Shown here: piece after piece, positions 11,201 to 19,159 of the stretch
Numbering within the stretch: position 1 is the stretch's first letter
Layout of the letters: every line of letters begins with the position of its first letter
Assembly: GCA_035946615.1 (NCBI GenBank)
Contig: DASYZB010000008.1
Location: forward strand, 40,273 to 104,272
From: Verrucomicrobiia bacterium
Lineage (GTDB): Bacteria; Verrucomicrobiota; Verrucomicrobiia; Limisphaerales; UBA8199
Direction of reading: 5' to 3'
Length of the DNA: 64,000 nt
The notes under the pieces: model-generated
The model's database searches: none
Seen by the model: the letters and a program-made list of their open reading frames with translations, nothing else
Told to the model about the DNA's origin: nothing
Translations under genes and position numbers: made by a program

Positions 11201-14200
11201 ACCATTATTGTTCCCCCTGTTGCCGACCTGGCGGTTGGAATTGCCGGCGTCCCAAATCCCACCATCGTTGGCGGCCCGCTGACTTACACGGTATCCGTAA
11301 CCAATAACGGTCCGGCTGTCGCGACCGGTGTGGTCGTCAGTAATATCCTGCCTGCCTCTGTCCAGATTGTGTCGGCCAATTATTCCCAGGGCTCGATCAC
11401 CGTAGCCGGCAATGTCGTCATCCAGAATGTCGGACTGCTCGCCCAAAATGCCTATGCCACCGCGACCATTAATGTCAGTCCACAGGCCTACGGCAACATC
11501 ACCGCCACAGCCCAGGCCAGCGCCATTCAACCAGACCCCTATTTGGCCAATAACATCGCTACCGTGACTACCGCCGTCGGCCAGGCCGCTGACCTTGCCC
11601 TCGGCCTGACCGCCAGCCCGAACCCTGTCGTGCTCACGAGCAACCTGACTTACTTTATTACCGTGACCAATCTCGGTCCCAACGCCGCGACAAATGTCAT
11701 TCTTAATCAAACCCTGCCCGTAGGTGTTTCGGTTGTCTCCACTGTGCTTTCTCAGGGGACCTCCAGGCTGAATGCAGGTACGCTGCTTTGCAATCTCGGA
11801 ACGATTGTTCCGGGAACGCGGGCCACCGCGACCGTCATCGTCACTACCACCAAGCTGGGAACTTTGAATAGCAGCGCAACGGTTACCGCCTCCCAGGCGG
11901 ACCCCAATCCCGCCAACAACACCGCCAGCGTCAGTTCTCAGGTCGCCGCGCCCTTCATCAGCATTACCCCGGCGGGCGCAACCTTGATAGCTGAAAGCTT
12001 TTCTCCGCCGGACGGTTCTATCGATGCCGGCGAGACGGTCACGATACAATTCCGCCTGCAGAATGCAGGCAACGTCGTGAATACCAATCTCGTGGCTACC
12101 CTCCTGGCCACCGGCGGCGTGACCGCCCCGAGCAGCCCCCAGACTTATGGACTCATCAAACCGATTGGTGTCCCGGGTGGCGTCCCTGTCTCACGGCCAT
12201 TCACCTTTACCGCCAGCAGCGCCATCGGCGGTTCCCTGGTCGCCACACTCCAACTCCAGGACGGCCCCAATGCTTTGCCCCCGGTGTCTTTTACCTTTGC
12301 CTTGCCTACCGTGGCGGCCTTTGCCAATACCAATATCATCTACGTGCCGAACGTAACCAACCTGCTCGCCTTCGGGTCTGCTGATCCGTACCCCTCGACG
12401 TTGTCGGTTTCAGGTTTAACCGGCCAGGTGGGCCGGGTCACGGCCACTCTGGCTGGGTTGACTCATTCCTATGTGCATGACGTGAATGCGTTGCTGGTAG
12501 GCCCGACCGGAGTTCGGGTGCTCCTGTTGTCTCACGCCGCCGATCAATCGGCTGCCGATGACCTCGATGTTACCTTCGACCAGGCCGCTGCCGGACCCAT
12601 CCCGGCTGTCGGTGGAATGAGCACCGGCTCCTGGCAGCCTTCTGTCTATCCGCCCAACGTCGCCTTCTCCAACCCAGCCCCGGCAGGGCCTTACTCGGTC
12701 AGCCTGAGCGATTTGAATGGGATTAATCCCAACGGCCAATGGTCGCTTTTTGTTCTGGACGATTCGGCCGGCGATTCGGGCGCTATCTCAAACGGTTGGA
12801 GCCTGGCGCTGACTTCCGTGACACCGGTCAACCAGTTGGCTGATATCGGCATCAGCGAGACCGCTTCGCCCGAACCGGTCCTGGTTGGAAATAATCTGAC
12901 CTATACTTTTGTCATTACCAATGCCGGGCCCAGCACCGCTACCGGCGTCACCTTCTCCAATGCCTTGCCGGCCACAGCAAATCTCGTCTCCGTCACAGCC
13001 TCCCAAGGCAATTACACCACCAATGGCGGAGTGCTTATCGGGAATCTGGCCAGTCTCCCGGCACATGCTTTTGTGACACTCACCCTTGTCATGCAGCCGG
13101 CGGCATCCGGTCTCCTAACCAATACGGCGTCCGTCAGCGCTTTTGAGACCGACATCCACACCGGCGACAACCAGGCGCAAGTCGTTTCAACGGTCAATCT
13201 GCCGTCGGCTGACGTGGCCCTGAGCGTCACCGCCGCGCCAGACCCGGTCATTGTCGGCAGTAATCTCAATTATAGTGTGACTGTGACGAATAGCGGCCCG
13301 GGCAACGCCTTGAATGTGGTCGTGACCGATCCATTGCCGCCTGGCACCGTATTCGTCTCTGGAAACGCCTCGCAAGGGTCAATTGGGGTGAATGGTGGGA
13401 CGGTTGTTGCCAGCCTGGGCACTCTGGCGCCTGGAGCGACCGCTGCGGTTTCCATTAATCTTGCCCCGCTTGGCCCGGGTATGGTTAACAATTCGATTAG
13501 CGTCGCCACGGCCTCGAGTGATACCAATGCCTCCAATAACTCGGTTACAATCGCAGTCACAGCGATGAATCCTGTGCCGAATATTCTTGCTGCAGGCGCC
13601 TCCTTCATCTCTGGCAATGCCTCGCCGCCTAACGGCGCTATCAATCCCGGCGAGACGGTCACCCTCTCGTTTATCCTGACCAATGCCGGCTCTTTGGATA
13701 CCGCCAACCTCGTTGCCACCTTGCTGGCCTCGGGAGGTGTCACAGCCCCAAGCGCTCCGGCCACCTATGGAGTCGTCCAGCATGCTGGTCCGGTTGTGGC
13801 GCGTCCGTTTACCTTTACCGCAGACCCTTCTGCGGTTGGCTCGATAACCGCCACCCTGCAGCTTCAGGATGGGGCCAACAACCTCGGGATGCTCGCCTTT
13901 ACCTTTAATTTGCCCGGGAACGCGTCATTCGCAAACACCAACGCGATTATCATTCCCGATTACGGCGCCGCTTCGCCCTATCCATCGACCATCACCGTCT
14001 CGGGCCTCACCGGCTATGTCGGCAAAGCAACGGTCACCATTCAGGGGCTGACTCATAGTTTCCCCAACGATGTCAATATCCTCCTGGCCAGCCCCAACCA
14101 GCGGGATGTGGTTGTGATGTCCCACACCGGCAGCGGGTACCCGGTCACCAATGCCAGCCTGACCTTTGACGATGCTGCAGGCGTCGGCCTCTTCAACCTC

Positions 14201-15007
14201 AGCAGTATCAACAGCGGCACGTTTAAGCCGTCCCACTTCGGCTCGGTGACCTTCCCGGCCCCCGCGCCGGTTGCTCCTTACGGCTCGACCCTCTCGGTGC
14301 TCAACAGCATCGACCCCAACGGGACCTGGACGCTCTACGTGCTGGACGACTCGATTGGGGATTCGGGCTATATCTCCGGGGGTTGGAGCCTGAACCTGAC
14401 CGCCATCAACACCGTTAATCCGCTTGCTGACCTCGGAGTTGGCATCTCGAGTTCCGCGGCTTCGATCAGCCAGGGCGACACTCTGACCTACACGGTTGGC
14501 GTCACCAATCTAGGCCCCTTCGCCGCCCCGGCGGTTGTGCTAACAGACAATCTGCCCCAAGGTTTTGTGGTCATCTCCAGCAGCGCAAGCCAGGGTTCCA
14601 TTTCGATGGCGGGTGGGGCGCTCGTTGCCAGCCTCGGCACATTAGCCGCCAACAACACCGCTACTGTGAGCTTCACCGCCACACCCACATTCGGCGGCAC
14701 TTTCGTCAACACCGCCAGTGTCTCGGGCGGTTACGAGGACCTGGACCCGGCAAACGACTCAGCCCAAATCACTACCACTGTCATTAGTGTGGTCCCGCCT
14801 AAACTGAGCGTTGTGATGTCCAATATGATCGTGAACCTGACCCTCAGCGGTGAGGCTGGCGCCACCTACGTCATCCAGGCCTCGACCAACTTGTCTTCCT
14901 GGACCCCTATCAGCACCAACACCGCCGCTGCGGACGGCTTCATCAACTACACCGACACCAATTCCCCAAGCTTTAACACCCGGTTCTATCGCGCGGTGCG
15001 CCAGTAA
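8276..15007 (+). CDS. sedolisin (peptidase S53) fused to a ~1700-aa adhesin-like body (3 P-domains, 6 DUF11-type repeats)
   Basis: I prefer ATG 8276 (MKVFSDLF.., then the hydrophobic stretch VLLAACAAQIALAAL) over the track start at 8180. A pro-kumamolisin-type activation domain is followed by an S53 core with SLDIEM, SSSWG, NASGDSDAF and the nucleophile motif GGTSVAAPLWAG. Three P-domain-like units follow (ISHPSDSDLTLQLISP..; LTHSYVHDVNALLVGP..NPNGQWSLFVLDD; LTHSFPNDVNILLASP..DPNGTWTLYVLDD). There are six repeats of the form ADL....P.P...G..LTY...VTN.GP..A. Confidence 0.85.
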   Translation: MKVFSDLFSTRAFGRLSPRCPVLLAACAAQIALAALPSGAAERQVLHGTVPGVTAGLQPIGRLEATKRLNLAISLPWRDREALTNLLEQVTDPTSPQYRHYLSTAQFTAMFGPTEQDYQALIDFAQANGLAVTTRHPNRMLLDVNASVADIEKALHITMHLYEHPTEARTFYAPDAEPWLDLSVPVFNISGLNDYILPHPKYIPMDINSLEREPHLGSGPAGTYLGYDFRNAYVPGTPLTGSGQVVGLFQFDGYYPSDIVAYEALAGLPNVPLQNVLLDGFNGVPVNPGAVGEVSLDIEMVISMAPGVSKVMVYEAGPNGLQDDILNRMVTDNEARQLSSSWGWSGGPSATTDQIFQEMIAQGQTFFNASGDSDAFPPGAVDDPNLPNAPSDNPFITQVGGTILSTTGPKGSWVSETVWNRYDGTNGASGGISSFYSIPVWQQGIDMTTNQGSFTKRNTPDVALTAENVWTIANQGQGSPVGGTSVAAPLWAGFTALMNEQAFANGDPAVGFLNPAIYAIGKGPYANYTNAFHDIVTGNNTNAVSTNLFFAVPGYDLCTGLGSPAGTNLINLLAPIASLTIDVATNYVVGGNGNGVIDFDECNDFFLVLTNIGLVGATNVHATISTTTPNVFIPQTTSDYPDIIPGIAATNLTAFKIGTTPAFVCGTPVILNVVIKSDNGIRAFRVSLPSGLTGSPVRFDNFFPAAIPDNSPLGTNSPILVSGLAGAVQKVSVMVFISHPSDSDLTLQLISPDNTSVTLSANHGAGGQNYGLACSPDTSRTTFDDDATNTIANGLPPYIGVFQPDQPLATFAGKSGTNANGIWQLHVIDNAAGFVGTLQCWSLAVASATCTDGGGQCPGVDLGIKMNAGPNPDVIGSNLVYNITVTNKGPGIARGVVVTHDLPGSVQFVTALSSQGTVSQGGGVVTATLGNLAVGATATITVTGVPTLAGTIYSSASVTSTDPELNPIDNSVTVQTIIVPPVADLAVGIAGVPNPTIVGGPLTYTVSVTNNGPAVATGVVVSNILPASVQIVSANYSQGSITVAGNVVIQNVGLLAQNAYATATINVSPQAYGNITATAQASAIQPDPYLANNIATVTTAVGQAADLALGLTASPNPVVLTSNLTYFITVTNLGPNAATNVILNQTLPVGVSVVSTVLSQGTSRLNAGTLLCNLGTIVPGTRATATVIVTTTKLGTLNSSATVTASQADPNPANNTASVSSQVAAPFISITPAGATLIAESFSPPDGSIDAGETVTIQFRLQNAGNVVNTNLVATLLATGGVTAPSSPQTYGLIKPIGVPGGVPVSRPFTFTASSAIGGSLVATLQLQDGPNALPPVSFTFALPTVAAFANTNIIYVPNVTNLLAFGSADPYPSTLSVSGLTGQVGRVTATLAGLTHSYVHDVNALLVGPTGVRVLLLSHAADQSAADDLDVTFDQAAAGPIPAVGGMSTGSWQPSVYPPNVAFSNPAPAGPYSVSLSDLNGINPNGQWSLFVLDDSAGDSGAISNGWSLALTSVTPVNQLADIGISETASPEPVLVGNNLTYTFVITNAGPSTATGVTFSNALPATANLVSVTASQGNYTTNGGVLIGNLASLPAHAFVTLTLVMQPAASGLLTNTASVSAFETDIHTGDNQAQVVSTVNLPSADVALSVTAAPDPVIVGSNLNYSVTVTNSGPGNALNVVVTDPLPPGTVFVSGNASQGSIGVNGGTVVASLGTLAPGATAAVSINLAPLGPGMVNNSISVATASSDTNASNNSVTIAVTAMNPVPNILAAGASFISGNASPPNGAINPGETVTLSFILTNAGSLDTANLVATLLASGGVTAPSAPATYGVVQHAGPVVARPFTFTADPSAVGSITATLQLQDGANNLGMLAFTFNLPGNASFANTNAIIIPDYGAASPYPSTITVSGLTGYVGKATVTIQGLTHSFPNDVNILLASPNQRDVVVMSHTGSGYPVTNASLTFDDAAGVGLFNLSSINSGTFKPSHFGSVTFPAPAPVAPYGSTLSVLNSIDPNGTWTLYVLDDSIGDSGYISGGWSLNLTAINTVNPLADLGVGISSSAASISQGDTLTYTVGVTNLGPFAAPAVVLTDNLPQGFVVISSSASQGSISMAGGALVASLGTLAANNTATVSFTATPTFGGTFVNTASVSGGYEDLDPANDSAQITTTVISVVPPKLSVVMSNMIVNLTLSGEAGATYVIQASTNLSSWTPISTNTAAADGFINYTDTNSPSFNTRFYRAVRQ

Positions 15008-15010
15008 AAA

Positions 15011-15191
15011 TCCTCGCGAAGCGCTTGGGGGTACTGTTCCTCGCGAAGCGTCTTGGACTGCGTTAGTCCTCTAGCGCTTTTGGGCTGGATGCGCGTCCTT
15101 CGCTGGATTGGAATCTGGCCGGCCTGGCGATGGGCCTCTGCGCACTCCAAGACGCTAGCGCGCATGCTGGTACTGTTTCTCGCGAAGCGTC
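15011..15191 (+). repeat. composite intergenic repeat: CTCGCGAAGCG x3, a 22-bp direct repeat and an 11-bp inverted repeat
   Basis: ctcgcgaagcg occurs at 15013, 15040 and 15179. gtactgtt(c/t)ctcgcgaagcgtc occurs at 15031-15052 and 15170-15191 (21/22 identical). agcgtcttgga (15047-15057) is the reverse complement of tccaagacgct (15146-15156). Confidence 0.8.
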
Positions 15192-15209
15192 ACACTTTTG
15201 AAGAGGGCA

Positions 15210-15812
15210 ATGAAAGCGCTCGGCCTGACTGGTGGCATCGGGATGGGCAAATCCGCCTGCGCCGACCTTCTGCGCGCTCGCGGCATCCCGGTGGTGGATA
15301 GCGACGACCTGGCGCGCGAGGTCGTTGAACCCGGCCAGCCGGCGCTGGCGGAGGTCCAACGCGCCTTTGGTCCGGGCATTGTCTCGACTGATGGCCGGCT
15401 CAATCGTGAAGAATTGGCACGGCGCGTCTTTGCGGACACCGCGGCGCGCCGGCAACTCGAAAGCATCCTCCATCCGCGCATCCGCCAGTTGTGGCTTGCC
15501 GAAATCCACCAATGGCGCGCCGCAGAACACCCCTTGGCGGTGGTCATCATCCCGTTGCTTTTCGAGACGCGCGCCGAAAGCGATTTCGACGCCACACTTT
15601 GTGTCGCCTGTTCGGCGGCAACCCAGCGCCAGCGCCTTCTGGCCCGCCATTGGCCGCCCGAGCAAATGGAACAACGCATCCAGGCGCAGTTGCCGCCTGA
15701 GAAGAAAATGGAGCTGGCAAACTTTGTCATCTGGACTGAAGGCCCCCTGAACCTCCACGCGGCCCAACTGGATCGCATCCTCGTCGCTTTCAAGACCTTT
15801 GCGCCATCATGA
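15210..15812 (+). CDS. coaE: dephospho-CoA kinase
   Basis: The N-terminal P-loop is MKALGLTGGIGMGKS, followed by PVVDSDDLAREVVEPG, in a protein of about 200 aa. I prefer ATG 15210 over the TTG at 15198 used by the track. Confidence 0.85.
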   Translation: MKALGLTGGIGMGKSACADLLRARGIPVVDSDDLAREVVEPGQPALAEVQRAFGPGIVSTDGRLNREELARRVFADTAARRQLESILHPRIRQLWLAEIHQWRAAEHPLAVVIIPLLFETRAESDFDATLCVACSAATQRQRLLARHWPPEQMEQRIQAQLPPEKKMELANFVIWTEGPLNLHAAQLDRILVAFKTFAPS

Positions 15813-16316
15813 ATCCGGGGCAACGGCCAGCCTGATCTCATCTCCAACGCGAATCTGGCCTTCTGAGAGAATTTGCGCTCGCAGCCCGCCCTGATGCACT
15901 AGCCCCTTGAGGATTGCAGGAACGCTGAGGCTGGCCAAATGGGCGCATGGTTCGCACAAGCGAATCCCACGAATACGAACCTTGCCGAGGTAAAACTCCT
16001 GGCCGACCAGTTCATTGAGGTTGACGCCCTTGGTCACGACGTTGCGCCGCGCATCCGTGCCGCTAAAGGCAATACCCGATTTGGCCGCGAATGCCGCTAT
16101 CTTCTCATCCTCGATGAGGGTCAGTTCAAAATCCGTCTTTTGCGGTTTCGGCGAGAACGTACCTCTCCCGAAGAAATATCGGTCGCCTTCCAGCCCCTTT
16201 CTTGGCAGAGCGCGCACCGTTGGCCGGGACATCATTTTGGCCATTGCGGCTGAAGCGATAAATATTTCCAGGACAGTTCCCAGCAACGGGCCTGAGGCGC
16301 TGAATTGCGGTTCCAT
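15807..16316 (-). CDS. MOSC domain-containing protein
   Basis: The 169-aa protein carries GLEGDRYF near the N-terminus and the C-terminal motif RIRGIRLCEPCAHL, both typical of MOSC domains. It converges on coaE with a 6-nt overlap. Confidence 0.75.
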   Translation of the reverse strand: MEPQFSASGPLLGTVLEIFIASAAMAKMMSRPTVRALPRKGLEGDRYFFGRGTFSPKPQKTDFELTLIEDEKIAAFAAKSGIAFSGTDARRNVVTKGVNLNELVGQEFYLGKVRIRGIRLCEPCAHLASLSVPAILKGLVHQGGLRAQILSEGQIRVGDEIRLAVAPDS

Positions 16317-16389
16317 GGAGCTGAAGATTATCCTGAGTTGTTAAGCAATTCAATCGCCCAACGATCCGGCTGGCCTGTTCCCCGCCTTT

Positions 16390-17409
16390 ATGCCACCTTG
16401 CCTTCTGGTGAGCGAAACAAGCCCAAGGCCGCTGTTGGATTGGCTGGTGCAAAAGCATCCCGATACCTCCAAGACCCGCGCCAAACAATGGATTCTGGCA
16501 GGCCGGGTGAGCGTCCAAGGCCTCATCATCCGAAGGCCACACCAAACCATCGCCGACCCGGGGGATACGCTCGAACTCAAAGGACGCCAGGCCGCCACCC
16601 TCGCCTGCGGCCCGGGTTGGCAAATTCATCCCCGCGTTTCCTTGCTCCACCTGGATTCGGCCCTTGCCATTGTCAACAAAGGACCCGGTCTCATCTCGGT
16701 GCCGGCGCCTGACAGTGAGCTTTCAGCGCTGAGCATCCTGGCCGATTTCCTGGCCGGCAAACTCAAGGCCCGGGACCGCGGCGTGGCCGGAAAGTCGCTG
16801 CCGCCCAGCTATCGGCGGTTGCAGCCTCTGCCGGTTCATCGCCTCGACCAATACACCAGCGGCGTCTTTTGCATGGCCACAAACCCCGCGGCCCGCCACC
16901 ATCTCATCGAGCAACTCAAGGCCCATACCATGCACCGGGAGTATATCGCCTTCGTCGAGGGCCGGCCCCCCACGCCTCAAGGCGCCTGGCGCCAATGGCT
17001 GGAGCTTAGCCGGGACGGGTTGCGTCAGCATATAGTGCCCGAAACCCAAGCCAGGACCAGTGACTCGGAAGTCCGCGAGGCCATCACCCATTATGAAGTC
17101 ATCGCCGAATACCCTTGCCCCGGCGCGGGCCGCTTCGTCACCAAATTGCGCCTCCGCCTCGAGACGGGTCGAAAACATCAAATCCGTGTCCAGGCTGCCC
17201 ATGCCGGTCTCCCCTTGCTCGGCGACCGGACCTATAACCCGGCAGTTCGCGCCGCAGATTCCCCGCGAACACTTCTCCATCTGGACCGGCAGGCCCTGCA
17301 CGCCGAAGTCCTGACGCTCGAGCATCCCGGCCAGCCGGGCAAACGCATGAGCTGGACCGCAGCAATGCCTAAAGACTTGCGCCTGCTGGAAGAGGCCCTG
17401 CGACGCTGA
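16390..17409 (+). CDS. RluA-family pseudouridine synthase with N-terminal S4-like domain
   Basis: The catalytic motif HRLDQYTSGVFCMA and the late motif KHQIRVQAAHAGLPLLGDRTY are both present. The N-terminal segment KQWILAGRVSVQG is S4-like. Confidence 0.8.
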   Translation: MPPCLLVSETSPRPLLDWLVQKHPDTSKTRAKQWILAGRVSVQGLIIRRPHQTIADPGDTLELKGRQAATLACGPGWQIHPRVSLLHLDSALAIVNKGPGLISVPAPDSELSALSILADFLAGKLKARDRGVAGKSLPPSYRRLQPLPVHRLDQYTSGVFCMATNPAARHHLIEQLKAHTMHREYIAFVEGRPPTPQGAWRQWLELSRDGLRQHIVPETQARTSDSEVREAITHYEVIAEYPCPGAGRFVTKLRLRLETGRKHQIRVQAAHAGLPLLGDRTYNPAVRAADSPRTLLHLDRQALHAEVLTLEHPGQPGKRMSWTAAMPKDLRLLEEALRR

Positions 17410-17440
17410 CAGCGCGCTCGCTCTCTGATCAATACGGTCT

Positions 17441-17553
17441 GAACATCGAACATCGAACGCCGAACCTCCAATCTCGAACGCGGAGGGCGCACGTTCGACA
17501 TTCGATGTTGAACGTTGGATGTTCGATGTTTTGGATTCTTCATTTGTAAGACC
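17441..17553 (-). repeat. TCGAAC-rich palindromic intergenic element, copy 1
   Basis: The sequence gaacatcgaacatcgaacgccgaacc...ggatgttcgatgtt forms an imperfect ~42-bp inverted repeat around gagggcgc. Its reverse complement aligns along its whole length with copy 2 at 20662-20766, including the flank ggtcttaca(a)atgaa.aatcc. Confidence 0.8.
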
Positions 17554-17588
17554 TCGCGTGCCCGCGGCCTGCACCCCATTTCCCAGCC

Positions 17589-18992
17589 CTACCGCGCCGC
17601 AGACAACGCGGGGTCGTCCAGGTCCAAACGATAGAGCACCTGATTGTATTCGTAACGCGGCGTCGGCCTTTTATTATCGCTGAATGTAACCGTGTAGGTC
17701 CCTTCAAAGAACAGAACCGGTGAGTCTTCGGGGGTGAACTCAGGGTGCAAGCGAGGATTGTAGAAGGTATAATGGTCGTGGCTGAGGACTTTAACGGCGG
17801 GCCCCCAGGGGCCGGTCGGCGCATCAGCCTCAGCATACCAGAGTTCGCCAAAGGCCGAGGGTTTGCCGAATTTTTCCATAAACACCGTGACCCATCGTTT
17901 GCGCCAGGCATTCCATGCTATCGAGCCGGTATGAGGTGTGACGCTGGCTTGGCCCGAGGCGGCAGGCACGGTCGCCTGGGGGTGGAGCGGTTCCCAATTC
18001 TGCGGCTGTTGCCAGGCATCGAAGGTCGCAGGGCAACGGAGCGTCGGGAAAGGGTTGCCAAACAGAACCCATCGCTGCTGGTTCGCATCGGTCCAAAATA
18101 CCGCATGGCCCTGAGGAATTGGCGGTGATTTGGGAGTTGCTTTGGACTTGCTCCAGACCACCCGGAGCGGTTGGAAAGTCTTTGTCGTGTCATCCCACGC
18201 AGCCAAGCCCCATTGATACGGTTCCAGGGGCGGCTTGATCTTCATGTAGGATGTGACCAGATGCAGTTTCCCCGAGGCATCGGGCAGCGTCACCAACCCC
18301 GTTAGCCAGGTTGGCCCTTCCCCAGGGATTTCGGCTACGCCACGCGGGTGGCCTTGGCTATCGCAGAAATAATCAAAGGGCAGCCTGAGGGGTGGTTGGA
18401 AAGAAGCCAAAGCACGCGCAGGGGTAGCGGCCGCCGTGCTGTTGAAAATGCCCAGCGGATATTTGGCCAACGTCGTATCGCCCCACACCCAAAACAACCG
18501 CCCCTCGTAGATCGCGTTTTGGACGCTGTCGCACCCTAGCACCCCGGATTCAGCCCAGTCCCGAGCCTGGCCTAGTTTCTGGCTTTCGGCAAACAGCCCA
18601 CCGCCAGTCAGCCGGCCAATGCGGCGCGCGATGATTTTTCGGTTCACCACGACCTTCAATACCTTGCCCGGAACCGGCGTGAGCCGCACCCCTTGGTAAC
18701 CAAACCCATCCTTGGGCGCCTCATAGCCCTGGCCAATGACGTTGAACCAGGTTTCGCGGCCCATCAACTCCGGCAAATCAAACGCGATCAATCCCGCATT
18801 GTCCGTGACGAATCGGACCTCGTGCGTGGTGCGCAATTCTACCAATGGCACCGGCCAGCCACTGCCCTGTTCGACAACTTCAATCCGGCAAGGGGCCAAA
18901 GAGGGGCTGCCCGACAGGGAAGGTTCTGCCCCAGATGACCCTGCGCAGAACGCACAAAATAAAAGCAACCTCATGGCTGCATCAAAAGCCAT
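17589..18992 (-). CDS. secreted protein of unknown function
   Basis: I prefer the start at ATG 18992 (MAFDAAMRLLLFCAFCAGSSGAEP, signal-like). The 54 codons upstream in the track ORF run through a GC-rich hairpin repeat. I recognised no diagnostic motif. Confidence 0.55.
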   Translation of the reverse strand: MAFDAAMRLLLFCAFCAGSSGAEPSLSGSPSLAPCRIEVVEQGSGWPVPLVELRTTHEVRFVTDNAGLIAFDLPELMGRETWFNVIGQGYEAPKDGFGYQGVRLTPVPGKVLKVVVNRKIIARRIGRLTGGGLFAESQKLGQARDWAESGVLGCDSVQNAIYEGRLFWVWGDTTLAKYPLGIFNSTAAATPARALASFQPPLRLPFDYFCDSQGHPRGVAEIPGEGPTWLTGLVTLPDASGKLHLVTSYMKIKPPLEPYQWGLAAWDDTTKTFQPLRVVWSKSKATPKSPPIPQGHAVFWTDANQQRWVLFGNPFPTLRCPATFDAWQQPQNWEPLHPQATVPAASGQASVTPHTGSIAWNAWRKRWVTVFMEKFGKPSAFGELWYAEADAPTGPWGPAVKVLSHDHYTFYNPRLHPEFTPEDSPVLFFEGTYTVTFSDNKRPTPRYEYNQVLYRLDLDDPALSAAR

Positions 18993-19026
18993 TTTTAAAA
19001 TCTCACAGAGAAGTCTGGAGGATTCT

Positions 19027-19066
19027 CCCTCTCCCCTTCCGAAGGGGAGAGGGTCGGGGAGAGGGG
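19027..19066. repeat. GC-rich hairpin element (CCCTCTCCCC / GGGGAGAGGG) with a third GGGGAGAGGGG arm
   Basis: A perfect 10-bp stem pairs 19027-19036 with 19044-19053 across a 7-nt loop. A direct copy of the right arm lies at 19056-19066. The element sits between the sulfatase stop (19160) and the start of the next minus-strand gene (18992). Confidence 0.7.
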
Positions 19067-19159
19067 TCCCTGTTTCTGTAGTCTCTCCCTCGGCCCTCCC
19101 AATAAATGTCGGCGGCGGATGCATCGTCAGACCCTGCCAAACACCCCGCTCCATAGCAG

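Noticed and set aside
6348-14407. Regularly recurring similar segments, considered as a possible CRISPR-like or other non-coding array.
   Set aside because: The recurrences are ~850-bp protein-coding cassettes in a single long frame, diverged at the DNA level. There are no short identical repeats with unique spacers. I found no CRISPR array anywhere in the window.
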